A DNA stretch of 64,000 bases. Source: an uncultured Gemmatimonadales bacterium (GTDB taxonomy: Bacteria; Gemmatimonadota; Gemmatimonadetes; Longimicrobiales; RSA9). The position numbers were made by a program, and so were the translations under genes. Positions within the stretch are counted from its first letter, which is position 1, and each line of letters starts with the position of its first letter. Where the stretch lies: assembly GCA_963816355.1 (NCBI GenBank), contig CAWFKH010000001.1:96001-160000 (forward strand). Direction: 5' to 3'. The notes below the pieces were generated by a model. It was not told where the DNA came from. It worked only from the letters and a program-made list of their open reading frames with translations, and did not search any database. This document shows positions 9,472 through 19,902 of this stretch, one piece after another.

Positions 9472-10490
9472 GGAAGACGACGACGCTGGCGCTGGCGCTG
9501 GCGCTGCTCGCCGCGTGCGGCGGCGACGGTCGCCGCACTGTCGTCGTCTACTCGCCGCACGGGCGCGAGCTGCTGTCGGCGTTCGAGCAGGGGTTCGAGA
9601 GCGCGCACCCGGACGTGGACGTGCAGTGGATCGACATGGGCTCCCAGGAGGTGCTCGACCGGATCCGCTCCGAGCGCGCCAATCCCCAGGCGGACGTCTG
9701 GTTCGGTGCGCCCTCGGCGATGTTCGTCGAGGCGGCGCGCGACAGCCTGCTGCAGCCGTTCCGTCCGCCGTGGGCGGACGCGCTGCCGGCCGACGCGCGC
9801 GATTCAGCGGGCGCGTGGTACGGCACGTACCTGACGCCGGAGGTGATCGCCTACAACAGCGAGGCCGTGAGCGCGGCCGACGCGCCCAAGGACTGGGACG
9901 CGGTGCTGGAGCCGCGCTGGAAGGGGCAGGTGCTGATCCGCGACCCGCTGGCCAGCGGCACGATGCGGACGATCTTCGGCATGATCATCGAGCGCTCGCT
10001 GCGCCAGACCGGCGACACCGCCGCCGGCTTCGAATGGCTGCGCCGCCTCGACGCGCAGACCAAGGAGTACGTCCTCAACCCGACGCTGCTCTACCAGAAG
10101 CTGGCCCGGCGCGAAGGGCTCGTCACGCTGTGGGACATGCCGGACATCGAGGTGCTGCGCGAGAAGACGCACCTGCCGATCGATTACGTCTTTCCCTCCA
10201 GCGGGACGCCGCTCGTCGTCGACGCCATCGCCATCCCGCGCGGCGCGCCGCACCCGGAGCTGGCGAAGGAGTTCGTCGACTACGTCGGCGGCGAGGCGGC
10301 GGTGGTGACGGCCGCGCGCCGCTTCTATCGCCTTCCCGCGCGCACGGACATACCGGCGGACTCGCTGCCGGACCGGCTGCGGCGCGCACGCGAGTCGATC
10401 GTCCCCGAGCCGGTCGACTGGGGCCTGCTCGAAGCGCGGCTGCCGCGGTGGATGAGCTACTGGGACGAGACGATCCGGGGGCGGAGCTGA
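9468..10490 (+). CDS. ABC transporter substrate-binding lipoprotein (AfuA/FbpA/PotD-like)
   Basis: TTG start overlapping the upstream stop (TTGA); lipobox LLAAC; VVYSPHG, NPQADVWFG, RDPLASG. Confidence 0.9.
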   Translation: MRKTTTLALALALLAACGGDGRRTVVVYSPHGRELLSAFEQGFESAHPDVDVQWIDMGSQEVLDRIRSERANPQADVWFGAPSAMFVEAARDSLLQPFRPPWADALPADARDSAGAWYGTYLTPEVIAYNSEAVSAADAPKDWDAVLEPRWKGQVLIRDPLASGTMRTIFGMIIERSLRQTGDTAAGFEWLRRLDAQTKEYVLNPTLLYQKLARREGLVTLWDMPDIEVLREKTHLPIDYVFPSSGTPLVVDAIAIPRGAPHPELAKEFVDYVGGEAAVVTAARRFYRLPARTDIPADSLPDRLRRARESIVPEPVDWGLLEARLPRWMSYWDETIRGRS

Positions 10491-10497
10491 GGCGTCG

Positions 10498-11649
10498 ATG
10501 GTCCGGCTCGAGAGCCTGACCCGGCGCTTCGGCGAAACCACCGCCGTCGCGGACCTCTCGCTCACCGTCGAGCCGGGCGAGCTGCTCACGCTGCTCGGTC
10601 CCAGCGGCTGCGGCAAGACGACCACGCTGCGCATGATCGCCGGCTTCGAGACGCCCTCCGCCGGCCGCGTCCTGCTGCAGGGCCGCGACATCACCGCCGA
10701 ACCGCCGCGCCGCCGCGGCATCGGCATGGTCTTCCAGAATTACGCGCTCTTCCCCCACCTCGACGTCTTCGAGAACGTCGCTTTCGGCCTCCGCTCGCGC
10801 GGCACGCCGCCGCGCGACCTGCGCGAGAGGACCGAGCGGGCGCTCGAGCTGGTCGACCTGCGCGGCTACGGCGAGCGGCGCGTGCAGGCGCTCTCCGGCG
10901 GCCAGCAGCAGCGCGTCGCGCTCGCCCGCGCGCTCGCGCCCGAGCCGCCCGTCCTGCTGCTCGACGAGCCGCTCTCCAACCTCGACCCGACGCTGCGCGA
11001 ACGCACGCGCACCGAGCTCCGCTCGCTCCTCAAGCGCCTCGGCATCACCGCCATCTTCGTCACCCACGACCAGGACGAGGCGTTCGCCCTCGCCGACCGC
11101 GTCGCGCTTCTCGAGGCCGGACGGCTGCAGCAGATCGGCACCCCGGAACGGCTCTACCACGAACCCGCCAACGCGTTCGTCGCGAGCTTCCTCGGGCGTG
11201 CGAACTTCCTGCCGGGGACCGTCGTCGCCCTGGAAGACGACGGCGGCACCGCGGCGTGCGATGTGGGCGAGGGGATCGTCTGGAACGTCCCCGCGGGCGG
11301 GGTGCGGGTGGGGCAGCGCGTGCGCGTCATGGCGCGGCCGGAGGCGTTGGTGATCGGGAGCGCGGGCGGCGCGGGCGGCGGCGTGGCGGGGGAGGTGCTG
11401 GACCGCCGGTTCGCGGGAGCGCTGACGCAGTACCGCGTGGCGACGGCGGGGGGCGAGGTGCTGGTGTTCACGGACGGCGCGGCGGCGAGGGTGGGGGAGC
11501 GGGTCCGGCTGCGGCCGAAGGGCGCGGGGGCGGGGCTGCGGGCGTTCGCGGCGGAGGGCGCGGCGGAGGGCGTTGCGGAGGGGGCGGAGGAAGGCGCGGC
11601 GGAGGACGCGGCGGCGCCCCGGGGCGCGGGCGGCGGGGCGGGCGGGTGA
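10498..11649 (+). CDS. ABC transporter ATP-binding subunit (FbpC/PotA-like, TOBE domain)
   Basis: GPSGCGKTT, VFQNYALFPH, LSGGQQQR, LLLDEPLSNLD, FVTHDQDEA. Confidence 0.95.
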   Translation: MVRLESLTRRFGETTAVADLSLTVEPGELLTLLGPSGCGKTTTLRMIAGFETPSAGRVLLQGRDITAEPPRRRGIGMVFQNYALFPHLDVFENVAFGLRSRGTPPRDLRERTERALELVDLRGYGERRVQALSGGQQQRVALARALAPEPPVLLLDEPLSNLDPTLRERTRTELRSLLKRLGITAIFVTHDQDEAFALADRVALLEAGRLQQIGTPERLYHEPANAFVASFLGRANFLPGTVVALEDDGGTAACDVGEGIVWNVPAGGVRVGQRVRVMARPEALVIGSAGGAGGGVAGEVLDRRFAGALTQYRVATAGGEVLVFTDGAAARVGERVRLRPKGAGAGLRAFAAEGAAEGVAEGAEEGAAEDAAAPRGAGGGAGG

Positions 11650-13331
11650 GGGGGCGGCACACGCTCTGGCTGGCGGCGCCGGTGGTGCTGCTGCTGGCGT
11701 GGCTGGTCCTCTATCCGAACGTCTTCGTGCTCGGGGACAGCCTACACGTCGGGCGGCGCATCGGCGTGGACAATTACGCGCGCTTCTTCCACAGCTCGGC
11801 GGAGCTGCGGGCGTTGTGGAACAGCGTCTGGATCTCGGCGGCGAGCGTCGCTCTGGCGGGCGCGGTGGGCGTGCCGCTCGCCTTCCTCTTCCACCGCTTC
11901 GAGTTTCCCGGCCGACGCGTGCTCGGCGCGCTCGTCTCGCTGCCGGTGCTGCTGCCGCCGCTCGTCGGCGTCATCGCGTTCCTCTTCCTCTACGGCGAGA
12001 CCGGCTTCGTCACGCGCGGCATCCAGCTCCTGCTGGGGCTCCACGCGCCGCCGTGGCGGCTGAACGGGCCGGGCGCGATCCTGCTCGTGCACGCCTACAC
12101 GATGTACGTCTACTTCTACCTCTTCACGGCGGCGGGGCTGGCCCGGCTGGACGGGTCGCACGCCGAGGCGGCGGCCGCGCTCGGCGCCTCCCGCCTCACC
12201 ACGCTGCGCCGCGTCACGCTGCCGATGCTCGCGCCCGCGATCGGCGGCGCGGCGCTCCTCGTCTTCATGACGTCGATGGGCTCCTTCAGCGCGCCCTACA
12301 TCTTCGGCGGCGGCTTTCGCGTGCTCACCACGCAGATCTTCGCCAGCAAGCTGAACGGCGAGCTCGGCATGGCCGCGGTCGAGACGGTGCTCCTCGCGGC
12401 GACGTCGCTCCTCTTCCTCGCCGCGCTCCAGCGCTACGAGGCCGGCCGCGCCTACACGGGGAGCGCGAAGGGGACCACGGCCGCGTGGACCGGCGCCGCG
12501 GCCCGGGACGCCGGAGGGCGCGGCGAGGACGGCGGACGGCGGCTGAACGCGCCCTTCTTCGTCGCGCTCGGCGTCGTCGTCGTGCTGCTGCTGCCGCACG
12601 CGACGGTGCTGCTCGTCTCGTTCGTTCCCACCGGGACCTGGACGACGGAGCTGCTGCCCCCCTCCTACTCGCTGGTCAATTACCGGCACCTGTTCGGCGA
12701 CGCGTCGCTGCTCAGGCCGGTGCTCAACTCGCTGCAGATGGCGACGGTGGCGACCGCCGCGAACGTCGCGCTCGCGTTCGTCGCGGCGTACCTGATCGTG
12801 CGGCGGCGCTTCATGGGGCGGGGTCTGCTTTCGGCGCTCGTCGTGCTGCCGTGGGCGCTGCCGGGGACGGTGCTCGCCATCGCGCTTGCGACCACGTTCA
12901 GCGCGCACCAGCCGTGGGCGGGACGCTTCGTGCTCGTCGGCACGTTCGCGATCCTGCCGCTCGCCTACTTCATCCGCAACACGCCGCTGGTGACGCGCGC
13001 GGCGCTCGCCAGCTTCCGGCAGTTCGACCCGTCGCTCGAGGAGGCGGCCGCGTCGCTGGGAGCGGGCTGGGCCCGCACCATGCGACGCGTCGCGCTGCCG
13101 CTCGTGCTGCCCGGCCTGCTCGCCGGCGCGATGCTGGCCTTCGTCACCGCACTCGGCGAGTTCGTCGCGTCGATCCTCCTCTACACCTACCGCACCCGCC
13201 CGATCGCGATCGAGATCCTGTCGCAGCTCCGCGCCTTCGACTTCGGCACCGCCGCCGCGTACGGCGTGCTCCTGATCGTGCTGATGGCGATCGTCTTCAT
13301 CGCCGGCTCGGGCAGAGGAAGCGCGATTTGA
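11646..13331 (+). CDS. ABC transporter permease, duplicated module (FbpB-like)
   Basis: GTG start overlapping the upstream stop (GTGA); two EAA loops (EAAAALGA, EEAAASLGA); many TM helices. Confidence 0.92.
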   Translation: MRGRHTLWLAAPVVLLLAWLVLYPNVFVLGDSLHVGRRIGVDNYARFFHSSAELRALWNSVWISAASVALAGAVGVPLAFLFHRFEFPGRRVLGALVSLPVLLPPLVGVIAFLFLYGETGFVTRGIQLLLGLHAPPWRLNGPGAILLVHAYTMYVYFYLFTAAGLARLDGSHAEAAAALGASRLTTLRRVTLPMLAPAIGGAALLVFMTSMGSFSAPYIFGGGFRVLTTQIFASKLNGELGMAAVETVLLAATSLLFLAALQRYEAGRAYTGSAKGTTAAWTGAAARDAGGRGEDGGRRLNAPFFVALGVVVVLLLPHATVLLVSFVPTGTWTTELLPPSYSLVNYRHLFGDASLLRPVLNSLQMATVATAANVALAFVAAYLIVRRRFMGRGLLSALVVLPWALPGTVLAIALATTFSAHQPWAGRFVLVGTFAILPLAYFIRNTPLVTRAALASFRQFDPSLEEAAASLGAGWARTMRRVALPLVLPGLLAGAMLAFVTALGEFVASILLYTYRTRPIAIEILSQLRAFDFGTAAAYGVLLIVLMAIVFIAGSGRGSAI

Positions 13332-13473
13332 TCCGCGCTCGCGCCCCGGCGCTCCATCCGTTACTCTCGCCCGGTCCGCCGAGCGTGTGAGAGTGGCGCT
13401 CGCGCGGCCGGTGGGCGAGCCCGGTGAGCGGGCCGCGCCGCGTCGTCATCGATTTCCACGAAAGGGACCTTCC

Positions 13474-14682
13474 ATGCGGAGGAGCGTCGTTGCCGCGATC
13501 GCTGCGTCGCTGTGCGCCTTCGGACCGGCGGTGGCGCAGCGGCCGGGTGGCGGGCCGGGTGGGCGCGGGACGGTGGTCCAGCCGGGCGAGCCGTGCCCGC
13601 CGGGCACGACGGAGGTCCGGCCGCGTCGCTGCATGGCGCCGCAACTCGCGCCGCCGAGCATCCTCGACTACCGGCCGCGCTCCACGCTGGTCACCGCCGA
13701 ACACCTGGTGCCGCGGGCGAAATACGCGGCGATCGACTTCCACGGCCACCCCGGCGGCCTGATCCGTTCGGCGGCGGGGTTGGACAGCCTGGGCGCGGCG
13801 CTGGACCGGCTGAACGTCCGGCTGATGATCGCCGCGGACAACCTGTCGGGCGAGCGGCTGCGCGCCAGCCTCGCCGCGATCCGCGCCTCGCCGCGCATGC
13901 GGGACCGCGTGCGCGTCCTCGCCGGCATCGACTTCCGCGACGTCGGACCCGGCTGGGCGGAGAAGGCCGTGGCACAGCTCGATGCGGACGTGGCGGCGGG
14001 CGCCGTCGGCGTCGGCGAGATCCCGAAGAGCCTGGGACTGTCGATCCGCAAGGCGGACGGCACGCGCCTCCACATCGACGACCCGGACCTGGACCCGATC
14101 TGGGACGAGTGCGCCCGCCTCGGCGTGCCGGTCTTCATCCACACCGCGGATCCGCGTGAGTTCTTCGAGGCGCTCGACTACTCGAACGAGCGCTGGCTCG
14201 AGCTGTCCCTCTTCCCCGGCCGGCGCTATCCGCAGGACCGCTATCCGAGCTTCGAAGAGCTGATGAAGGAGCGCGACGCGCTCTTCCGCGCCCACCCGAA
14301 GACCACCTTCGTCGCGGCCCACATGGGATGGTACGCGAACGACCTCCAGCGCCTCGGCCGGCTGCTCGACGAGATGCCGAACGTCCACACCGAGATCGGC
14401 GCCGTGCTCTACGACATCGGCAGGCAGCCGCGCGCCGCGCACGACTTCTTCGTCCGCTACCAGGACCGCATCCTCTTCGGCAAGGACTCCTTCCAGCCCG
14501 AGGAGTACCCCTACTACTGGCGCGTGCTCGAGACCGCGGACGAGTACTTCGACTATTACCGACCTTACCACGCCTTCTGGAAGCTGTACGGCATCGATCT
14601 GCCGGATCCGGTACTGCGCAAGGTGTACTCCGAGAACGCCGAACGGATCACGCCGAAGCTGCCCCGCGAGGAACGGCGGTGA
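13474..14682 (+). CDS. secreted amidohydrolase-family protein (Amidohydro_2-like)
   Basis: AAAGGGA RBS; signal peptide; IDFHGH, FIHTAD, AAHMG, ILFGKD metal-ligand motifs. Confidence 0.9.
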   Translation: MRRSVVAAIAASLCAFGPAVAQRPGGGPGGRGTVVQPGEPCPPGTTEVRPRRCMAPQLAPPSILDYRPRSTLVTAEHLVPRAKYAAIDFHGHPGGLIRSAAGLDSLGAALDRLNVRLMIAADNLSGERLRASLAAIRASPRMRDRVRVLAGIDFRDVGPGWAEKAVAQLDADVAAGAVGVGEIPKSLGLSIRKADGTRLHIDDPDLDPIWDECARLGVPVFIHTADPREFFEALDYSNERWLELSLFPGRRYPQDRYPSFEELMKERDALFRAHPKTTFVAAHMGWYANDLQRLGRLLDEMPNVHTEIGAVLYDIGRQPRAAHDFFVRYQDRILFGKDSFQPEEYPYYWRVLETADEYFDYYRPYHAFWKLYGIDLPDPVLRKVYSENAERITPKLPREERR

Positions 14683-14728
14683 TGCGCCAGCGCACGGGCG
14701 CGCTCACGGAACTGCGGTGATGCGCCAG
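14670..14728. repeat. 21-bp direct repeat pair (20/21 identical)
   Basis: GGAACGGCGGTGATGCGCCAG (14670-14690) and GGAACTGCGGTGATGCGCCAG (14708-14728), separated by 17 bp. Confidence 0.85.
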
Positions 14729-14905
14729 GGCGGCCAGATCGACGGCAACACGGTCACTTTCACCGACGGCAACGGCGTGTGCTCGTACAGCGGCACGGTG
14801 AGCGGCGACCCGGCGACGAGCGCGAGCGGCGACGTGTCGTGCCAGATCGCGGACGGCTCCGGTCAAACGTTCCTGCTGCCCGGCACCTGGCAGGCGACGC
14901 GCTGA
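14717..14905 (+). pseudogene. probable gene fragment (beta-rich C-terminal piece of a secreted protein)
   Basis: 62-aa ORF with coding-like codon use (GQIDGNTVTFTDGNGVCSYSGTVSG..CQI..GTWQATR), no signal peptide; starts inside the second repeat copy. Confidence 0.4.
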
Positions 14906-14986
14906 CCGCTAACGGCGTTCGGGACGCGGAGGCGCCGCTCGGCCGGTTCCAGAGGTCGACGTCGCCGGCCGCCCTAGGCATTGCGC

Positions 14987-15991
14987 TCAGGGAAGCTGGA
15001 GCTCGGCGTAGACCTCCTGCTGCGTGACGATCAGGATACAGGTAGCCGGCGCCGAGCTGTCGACGACCGAGCCGCCGATCCCCGCCTGGAGGCACACGCC
15101 GAGACGAGCACCCGCGCCGACCGCGATGTCCTGCGGGTCCCCGGAATTCAGTGGATGGCTCAGCTCGTGGACGCCGGAACTCGACGTGAGCGTGACCGCT
15201 GCGTTGCCGTTCGCCACGTTGTCGTGGACGTAGTTGCCGCCGTCGAAGACCTGGTCCGAGAACCCGAACGACCCGCCGGCGATGAGGTCATCCCCGTCCA
15301 GCGCCAGATCGAGGCTATTGTCGAACCGCACACCGACGCCGTCCACCGAGTCCGGGTAGGTGACGAGAACGTAGAGGTTCGTCGCGTCGGCCATGAATCG
15401 CACCGTCGACCCGGTCAGCGTAGGTCCGCCGAAGACAGCGTACTCCTCCGCCGCATCCCACTCCCCCGGCGAAGCCACGCCGTCGATCGTCGGCGTGCCG
15501 GACGCCGCCACCCAGACGATGCGAACGCGCGAGGCGAATGGCGTCCCGGCAATCGTCGTCCCGTTCAGTTTGGCGATCAGCGTGTCGAAGCCGATTTTCG
15601 CGGGCGTGTACGACAGCGTGTGCGACCCGTCTCCGTTGTCGACTCCACCGGTGACCGTCCCCGGGTTCGTGCCCCGGATCTCCAGCTCGAGCCCCGGCAG
15701 CGGTCCGAGGAACGGCTGACCCTCCGTGTCCCGGGCATTCACCACGACGTCGGTCGGTTGCCCGGGCTCGCCAGCGGCCGCGGAAGCCACCAGGCTCGCT
15801 GGATCCAGCGTCTGTTCGGCGGGACCCGTGCCGCCGTCGCCGCCGCCACAACCGGCGGCGACGGCGACCAGCGCAAGCAGGCACAAGGGGCGCCGGAACG
15901 GAAGCAGCGTCGGCCCGTCCACCGGTCCCGGAGCGTCTCCGGTGGTCGGGGTCTTCCGGAGCGGACATGCGGCGGCGGATCGGACGTCCAT
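14987..15991 (-). CDS. lipoprotein with filamin/Ig-like and CBM9/DOMON-like domains
   Basis: Lipobox-like AAGC; DNGDGSHTLSYTP..LNGTTIAGTPF (filamin-repeat-like); PTIDGVASPGEW (CBM9-like). Start uncertain. Confidence 0.7.
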   Translation of the reverse strand: MDVRSAAACPLRKTPTTGDAPGPVDGPTLLPFRRPLCLLALVAVAAGCGGGDGGTGPAEQTLDPASLVASAAAGEPGQPTDVVVNARDTEGQPFLGPLPGLELEIRGTNPGTVTGGVDNGDGSHTLSYTPAKIGFDTLIAKLNGTTIAGTPFASRVRIVWVAASGTPTIDGVASPGEWDAAEEYAVFGGPTLTGSTVRFMADATNLYVLVTYPDSVDGVGVRFDNSLDLALDGDDLIAGGSFGFSDQVFDGGNYVHDNVANGNAAVTLTSSSGVHELSHPLNSGDPQDIAVGAGARLGVCLQAGIGGSVVDSSAPATCILIVTQQEVYAELQLP

Positions 15992-16021
15992 TGATCCCTC
16001 GCTTTCGGATGGCCCCGCGAC

Positions 16022-17395
16022 CTAGTGGTGGCCGTGCCCACCGCTCGGCTTCGCGGGGCGCACGGGCTTGTTGCCGCCGTTCCCGCCGCGGGGATGCGCG
16101 GTGCGGGCGGTCGAGCCGCTGGAGGAGCCGGAAGAGGCGTCGCCATCGCGACCCGGCCCGACGTAGCCCTTCGTCGTCGCGCGCCCGTCGGACCCACCCT
16201 TCGGATGCGCAACGCCGCGCACGGTGGTGCCGTCGCGGCGCGTGTAGCCCTCCCCCTCCACGGCGCGGCCGTTCCGGTCGCTCGCGCGATCGACCACGAT
16301 CACGCGGCCGGATTGCCACGGCGCCCAGCCGTAGCCGTTGCCGCCGTAGCCATAGCCGTACGGAGCGTACGGGCTGTAGCGGCACCCGCCCGCATGACCG
16401 TAAGGCGCATAGCCGTAGTAGACGGGATAGACGGGATAGCCGTAGTAGCCGGGATAGCCGGAGTAGGCGTCGAAGCCGAAGTAATCGCAGTCGTCTCGAG
16501 TGTAGCCACGGCGGCGGCGCCCGTAGTCACCGCGATCGCGCCCGGCCACTGCGCCGCGGGTGCCGCGCACGATCGTGCCGTTGCTCGCGTCGACGTCGAA
16601 GCGGTCCGGGTTCGACAGCGCGATCATCATGTCGGTGACGCTGCCGGGGACGCCTGCGTCGGCGAGGCGGACGAGGGCGTCGCCGTCCAGGTCGAAGCCG
16701 GCGTGGCGCTCGGCGATGAGGACCTGCACCAATTCGGGGGAGACCCGCGTCGTCGCTTCCTCGACGTCGCTCACCGAGAGCGGCGCGGTCGCCGCGGTAC
16801 GCGCGATCCTGGCGTTGGCGGCGGGGGCCTCGACGCGCGCGGCCGCCAGCGTCGTGGGATCGGCCGGAAAGTAATGGCGAACGCGCACGAGAGGCTGGCC
16901 GTCGACCTCGATCGCCTGCGCGTCGAGCCACTCGTCGCCCGGCAGCATGGCGTAAATGCCGGAGACGTCGGTGGCGCTGCCGCCGCTGCACCGGAGCGAC
17001 GAGTGCAGGAACAGGCGCGCCCCGTCGTCCGACCAGCGCGCCGTGCCCGTGCCGGTGCAGCCGTCCTGCTCCACGGGGTGCGACGTGCCGTCGGCGACGA
17101 TCGTGCGCTCGGAGACCTTGCGCTCACCGCGGTACTCGGCGATGCGCACGCCCGCCTCCCCCGCCCGGATGCAGACGAGCGAAGCCTCCCCACCCGGAGC
17201 GCCCGCGGCCTCCTCCCCTTGCCAGCAGCCGACCCACGGCGCCCATTGCGCGTCCGGCGCCGTCTGGAGCGGCGAAGCGGCGGCGTGCACGACGGCGGGC
17301 GCCGCGCCTATCATCAACGCCGCGGCCACGAGCGCGGAGAAGGCACAGGCCGTCGCCCGCCGGAGCGACATCGGATTCCTTTGAAGACCCAGCAT
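16022..17395 (-). CDS. secreted hypothetical protein with Tyr/Gly/Pro-rich low-complexity region
   Basis: GAAAGGAGG RBS before ATG 17395; signal peptide; WAPWVGCW domain; YSGYPGYYGYPVYPVYYGYAPYG segment. Confidence 0.75.
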   Translation of the reverse strand: MLGLQRNPMSLRRATACAFSALVAAALMIGAAPAVVHAAASPLQTAPDAQWAPWVGCWQGEEAAGAPGGEASLVCIRAGEAGVRIAEYRGERKVSERTIVADGTSHPVEQDGCTGTGTARWSDDGARLFLHSSLRCSGGSATDVSGIYAMLPGDEWLDAQAIEVDGQPLVRVRHYFPADPTTLAAARVEAPAANARIARTAATAPLSVSDVEEATTRVSPELVQVLIAERHAGFDLDGDALVRLADAGVPGSVTDMMIALSNPDRFDVDASNGTIVRGTRGAVAGRDRGDYGRRRRGYTRDDCDYFGFDAYSGYPGYYGYPVYPVYYGYAPYGHAGGCRYSPYAPYGYGYGGNGYGWAPWQSGRVIVVDRASDRNGRAVEGEGYTRRDGTTVRGVAHPKGGSDGRATTKGYVGPGRDGDASSGSSSGSTARTAHPRGGNGGNKPVRPAKPSGGHGHH

Positions 17396-17412
17396 GGTGA
17401 TCCTCCTTTCGC

Positions 17413-18285
17413 TCAGAAGCGGACGGCGAGGCCGACCGTCGTCTGCAGACCGTTCATGTCGATGCGGTCGAGGTCGGCGAAATCGGCGTTCATGTTGGCG
17501 CTCGACAAAATGTAGCGGGCCTCGCCGGTGAGGGCGAGGCTGGGGGTTATGCCGACGTCGACGCCGGCGAAGAAGGCGCCCATCGGCCCGACGCCGCTCG
17601 ATAGGAGGCGGCTGGAGAAGATCGACAGGTCCGTGTAGTCGACGAAGTCGCCGCGCTGCTGGAAGCGGTACCACAGCAGCCCGACGCCGGCGCCCACGTA
17701 CGGCGCGACGCGCGACGGCACCCACGCCAGGCGGCCGATCGAGCGGCCGGTGGGCACGAGGTACGCCTTGATGCCCGCGGTGACGGGTACGCTCGTGAGC
17801 GTCGTCGTCTGCCGGATGGGGAGGTTGTTCTGGTCCTCGTACAGGCGGTCCTCCGAAGGCACGCTCGTGCGCGAGACACCGGCGCCGAGCACCGCCTCGA
17901 AGCGGGGGCTCAGCCGGAACGACACGTCCAGCTCACCGGTGATCGCGTTGAAGTCGTGGCGGTCCACCGTAAGGTGCTGCGTCGTGAAGTCGAAGACGCC
18001 GCCGGTCGCACGCGGGAACGTCATGCCGCCGCGCAGCGCGACCGCGCCCTTCGGATGGCCGAACAGGAAGCCCTGCGCGGCGAGCGGCAGCGGCGAGAGC
18101 GCGGCGAGCGTGAGCGTCAGCGCCGTCGCCAGCAGGAGTGACAGCGCCCCGAGCGGTGCGGCGCCGCCGACGTGCGCCGCGCGACACGCCCCGCACCGAG
18201 CCGACCCTTCGTTCCGTTCGGGCGGACGACGAGGCTCGGCCGCGGCCGGGAAGGCGACGCGGCGTGCGAAGCGCGGCGTGATCAT
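17413..18285 (-). CDS. outer-membrane beta-barrel protein (OmpW/OmpA-like)
   Basis: Signal peptide ending LAAQ; amphipathic strands; APYVGAGVG; C-terminal Phe (VGLAVRF). Confidence 0.8.
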   Translation of the reverse strand: MITPRFARRVAFPAAAEPRRPPERNEGSARCGACRAAHVGGAAPLGALSLLLATALTLTLAALSPLPLAAQGFLFGHPKGAVALRGGMTFPRATGGVFDFTTQHLTVDRHDFNAITGELDVSFRLSPRFEAVLGAGVSRTSVPSEDRLYEDQNNLPIRQTTTLTSVPVTAGIKAYLVPTGRSIGRLAWVPSRVAPYVGAGVGLLWYRFQQRGDFVDYTDLSIFSSRLLSSGVGPMGAFFAGVDVGITPSLALTGEARYILSSANMNADFADLDRIDMNGLQTTVGLAVRF

Positions 18286-18409
18286 GCGGACCTCCGGTGG
18301 GAGACGTACGCGGCCAGGTGTGGAAGGTGCGGCGAAGCCGCGTTATGCTATATACGATAGGACCATGTCATACGTTCCACCAATGTTACGACGCAGCCGG
18401 ATGGATAAG

Positions 18410-18715
18410 ATGCCCGCCAATCCGAGAACCGAAAGTCTGAGGCGCATGGTCGCGCGCGATCCCGCCGATCCGCGCCCGCACTTCGGCCTCGCCGCGGAGC
18501 ACGAGAAGGCGGGGGAATGGGAGAGCGTCGTCGCCGAGCTCCACGCCTATCTCGACCTCGCCGAGGACCAGGGCAACGCGTGGGGCCGCCTCGGCCGCGC
18601 GCTGCGGCGCCTCGGCCGCGAAGAGGAGGCGCGCGCCGCGTTTCGGCGCGGCGTCGAGCAGGCGCGCGCCCACGGCCACCCGAGCATGGCGCTGGAACTC
18701 GAGGAGGAGGCCTAG
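18410..18715 (+). CDS. small tetratricopeptide-repeat protein
   Basis: DPADPRPHFGLAAEHEKAG..AWGRLGRALRRLGREEEARAAFRRG TPR pattern; AT-rich promoter-like region at ~18340-18390. Confidence 0.8.
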   Translation: MPANPRTESLRRMVARDPADPRPHFGLAAEHEKAGEWESVVAELHAYLDLAEDQGNAWGRLGRALRRLGREEEARAAFRRGVEQARAHGHPSMALELEEEA

Positions 18716-18720
18716 CAGAC

Positions 18721-19611
<891 letters not shown>

Positions 19612-19902
19612 CCCACTGCTCCCGAGGCCATTCATGCGACACTCCTTCCGGTTACGTACACGTCGAGTGGAGCATCGCCGCAGACGCCGGGCCAGCGCCT
19701 TCGCCCGCAGGCGGACCGACGCGGGCGTCGGCGCGCGGGTGATCCCCGACGCGCCGTTCCCCTCGCTCCGACGCGGCCGCGATCTCGCCCATCACCTCGC
19801 CGACCTGCTCGATGCCGGAGCGCTTGGTCCAGAGCGGCAGGCGGAGCGGGCGGCGCGGCCGGTCGGAGGGCGCTGGACGCGCACTCCGCCGCGGGCGATC
19901 TT

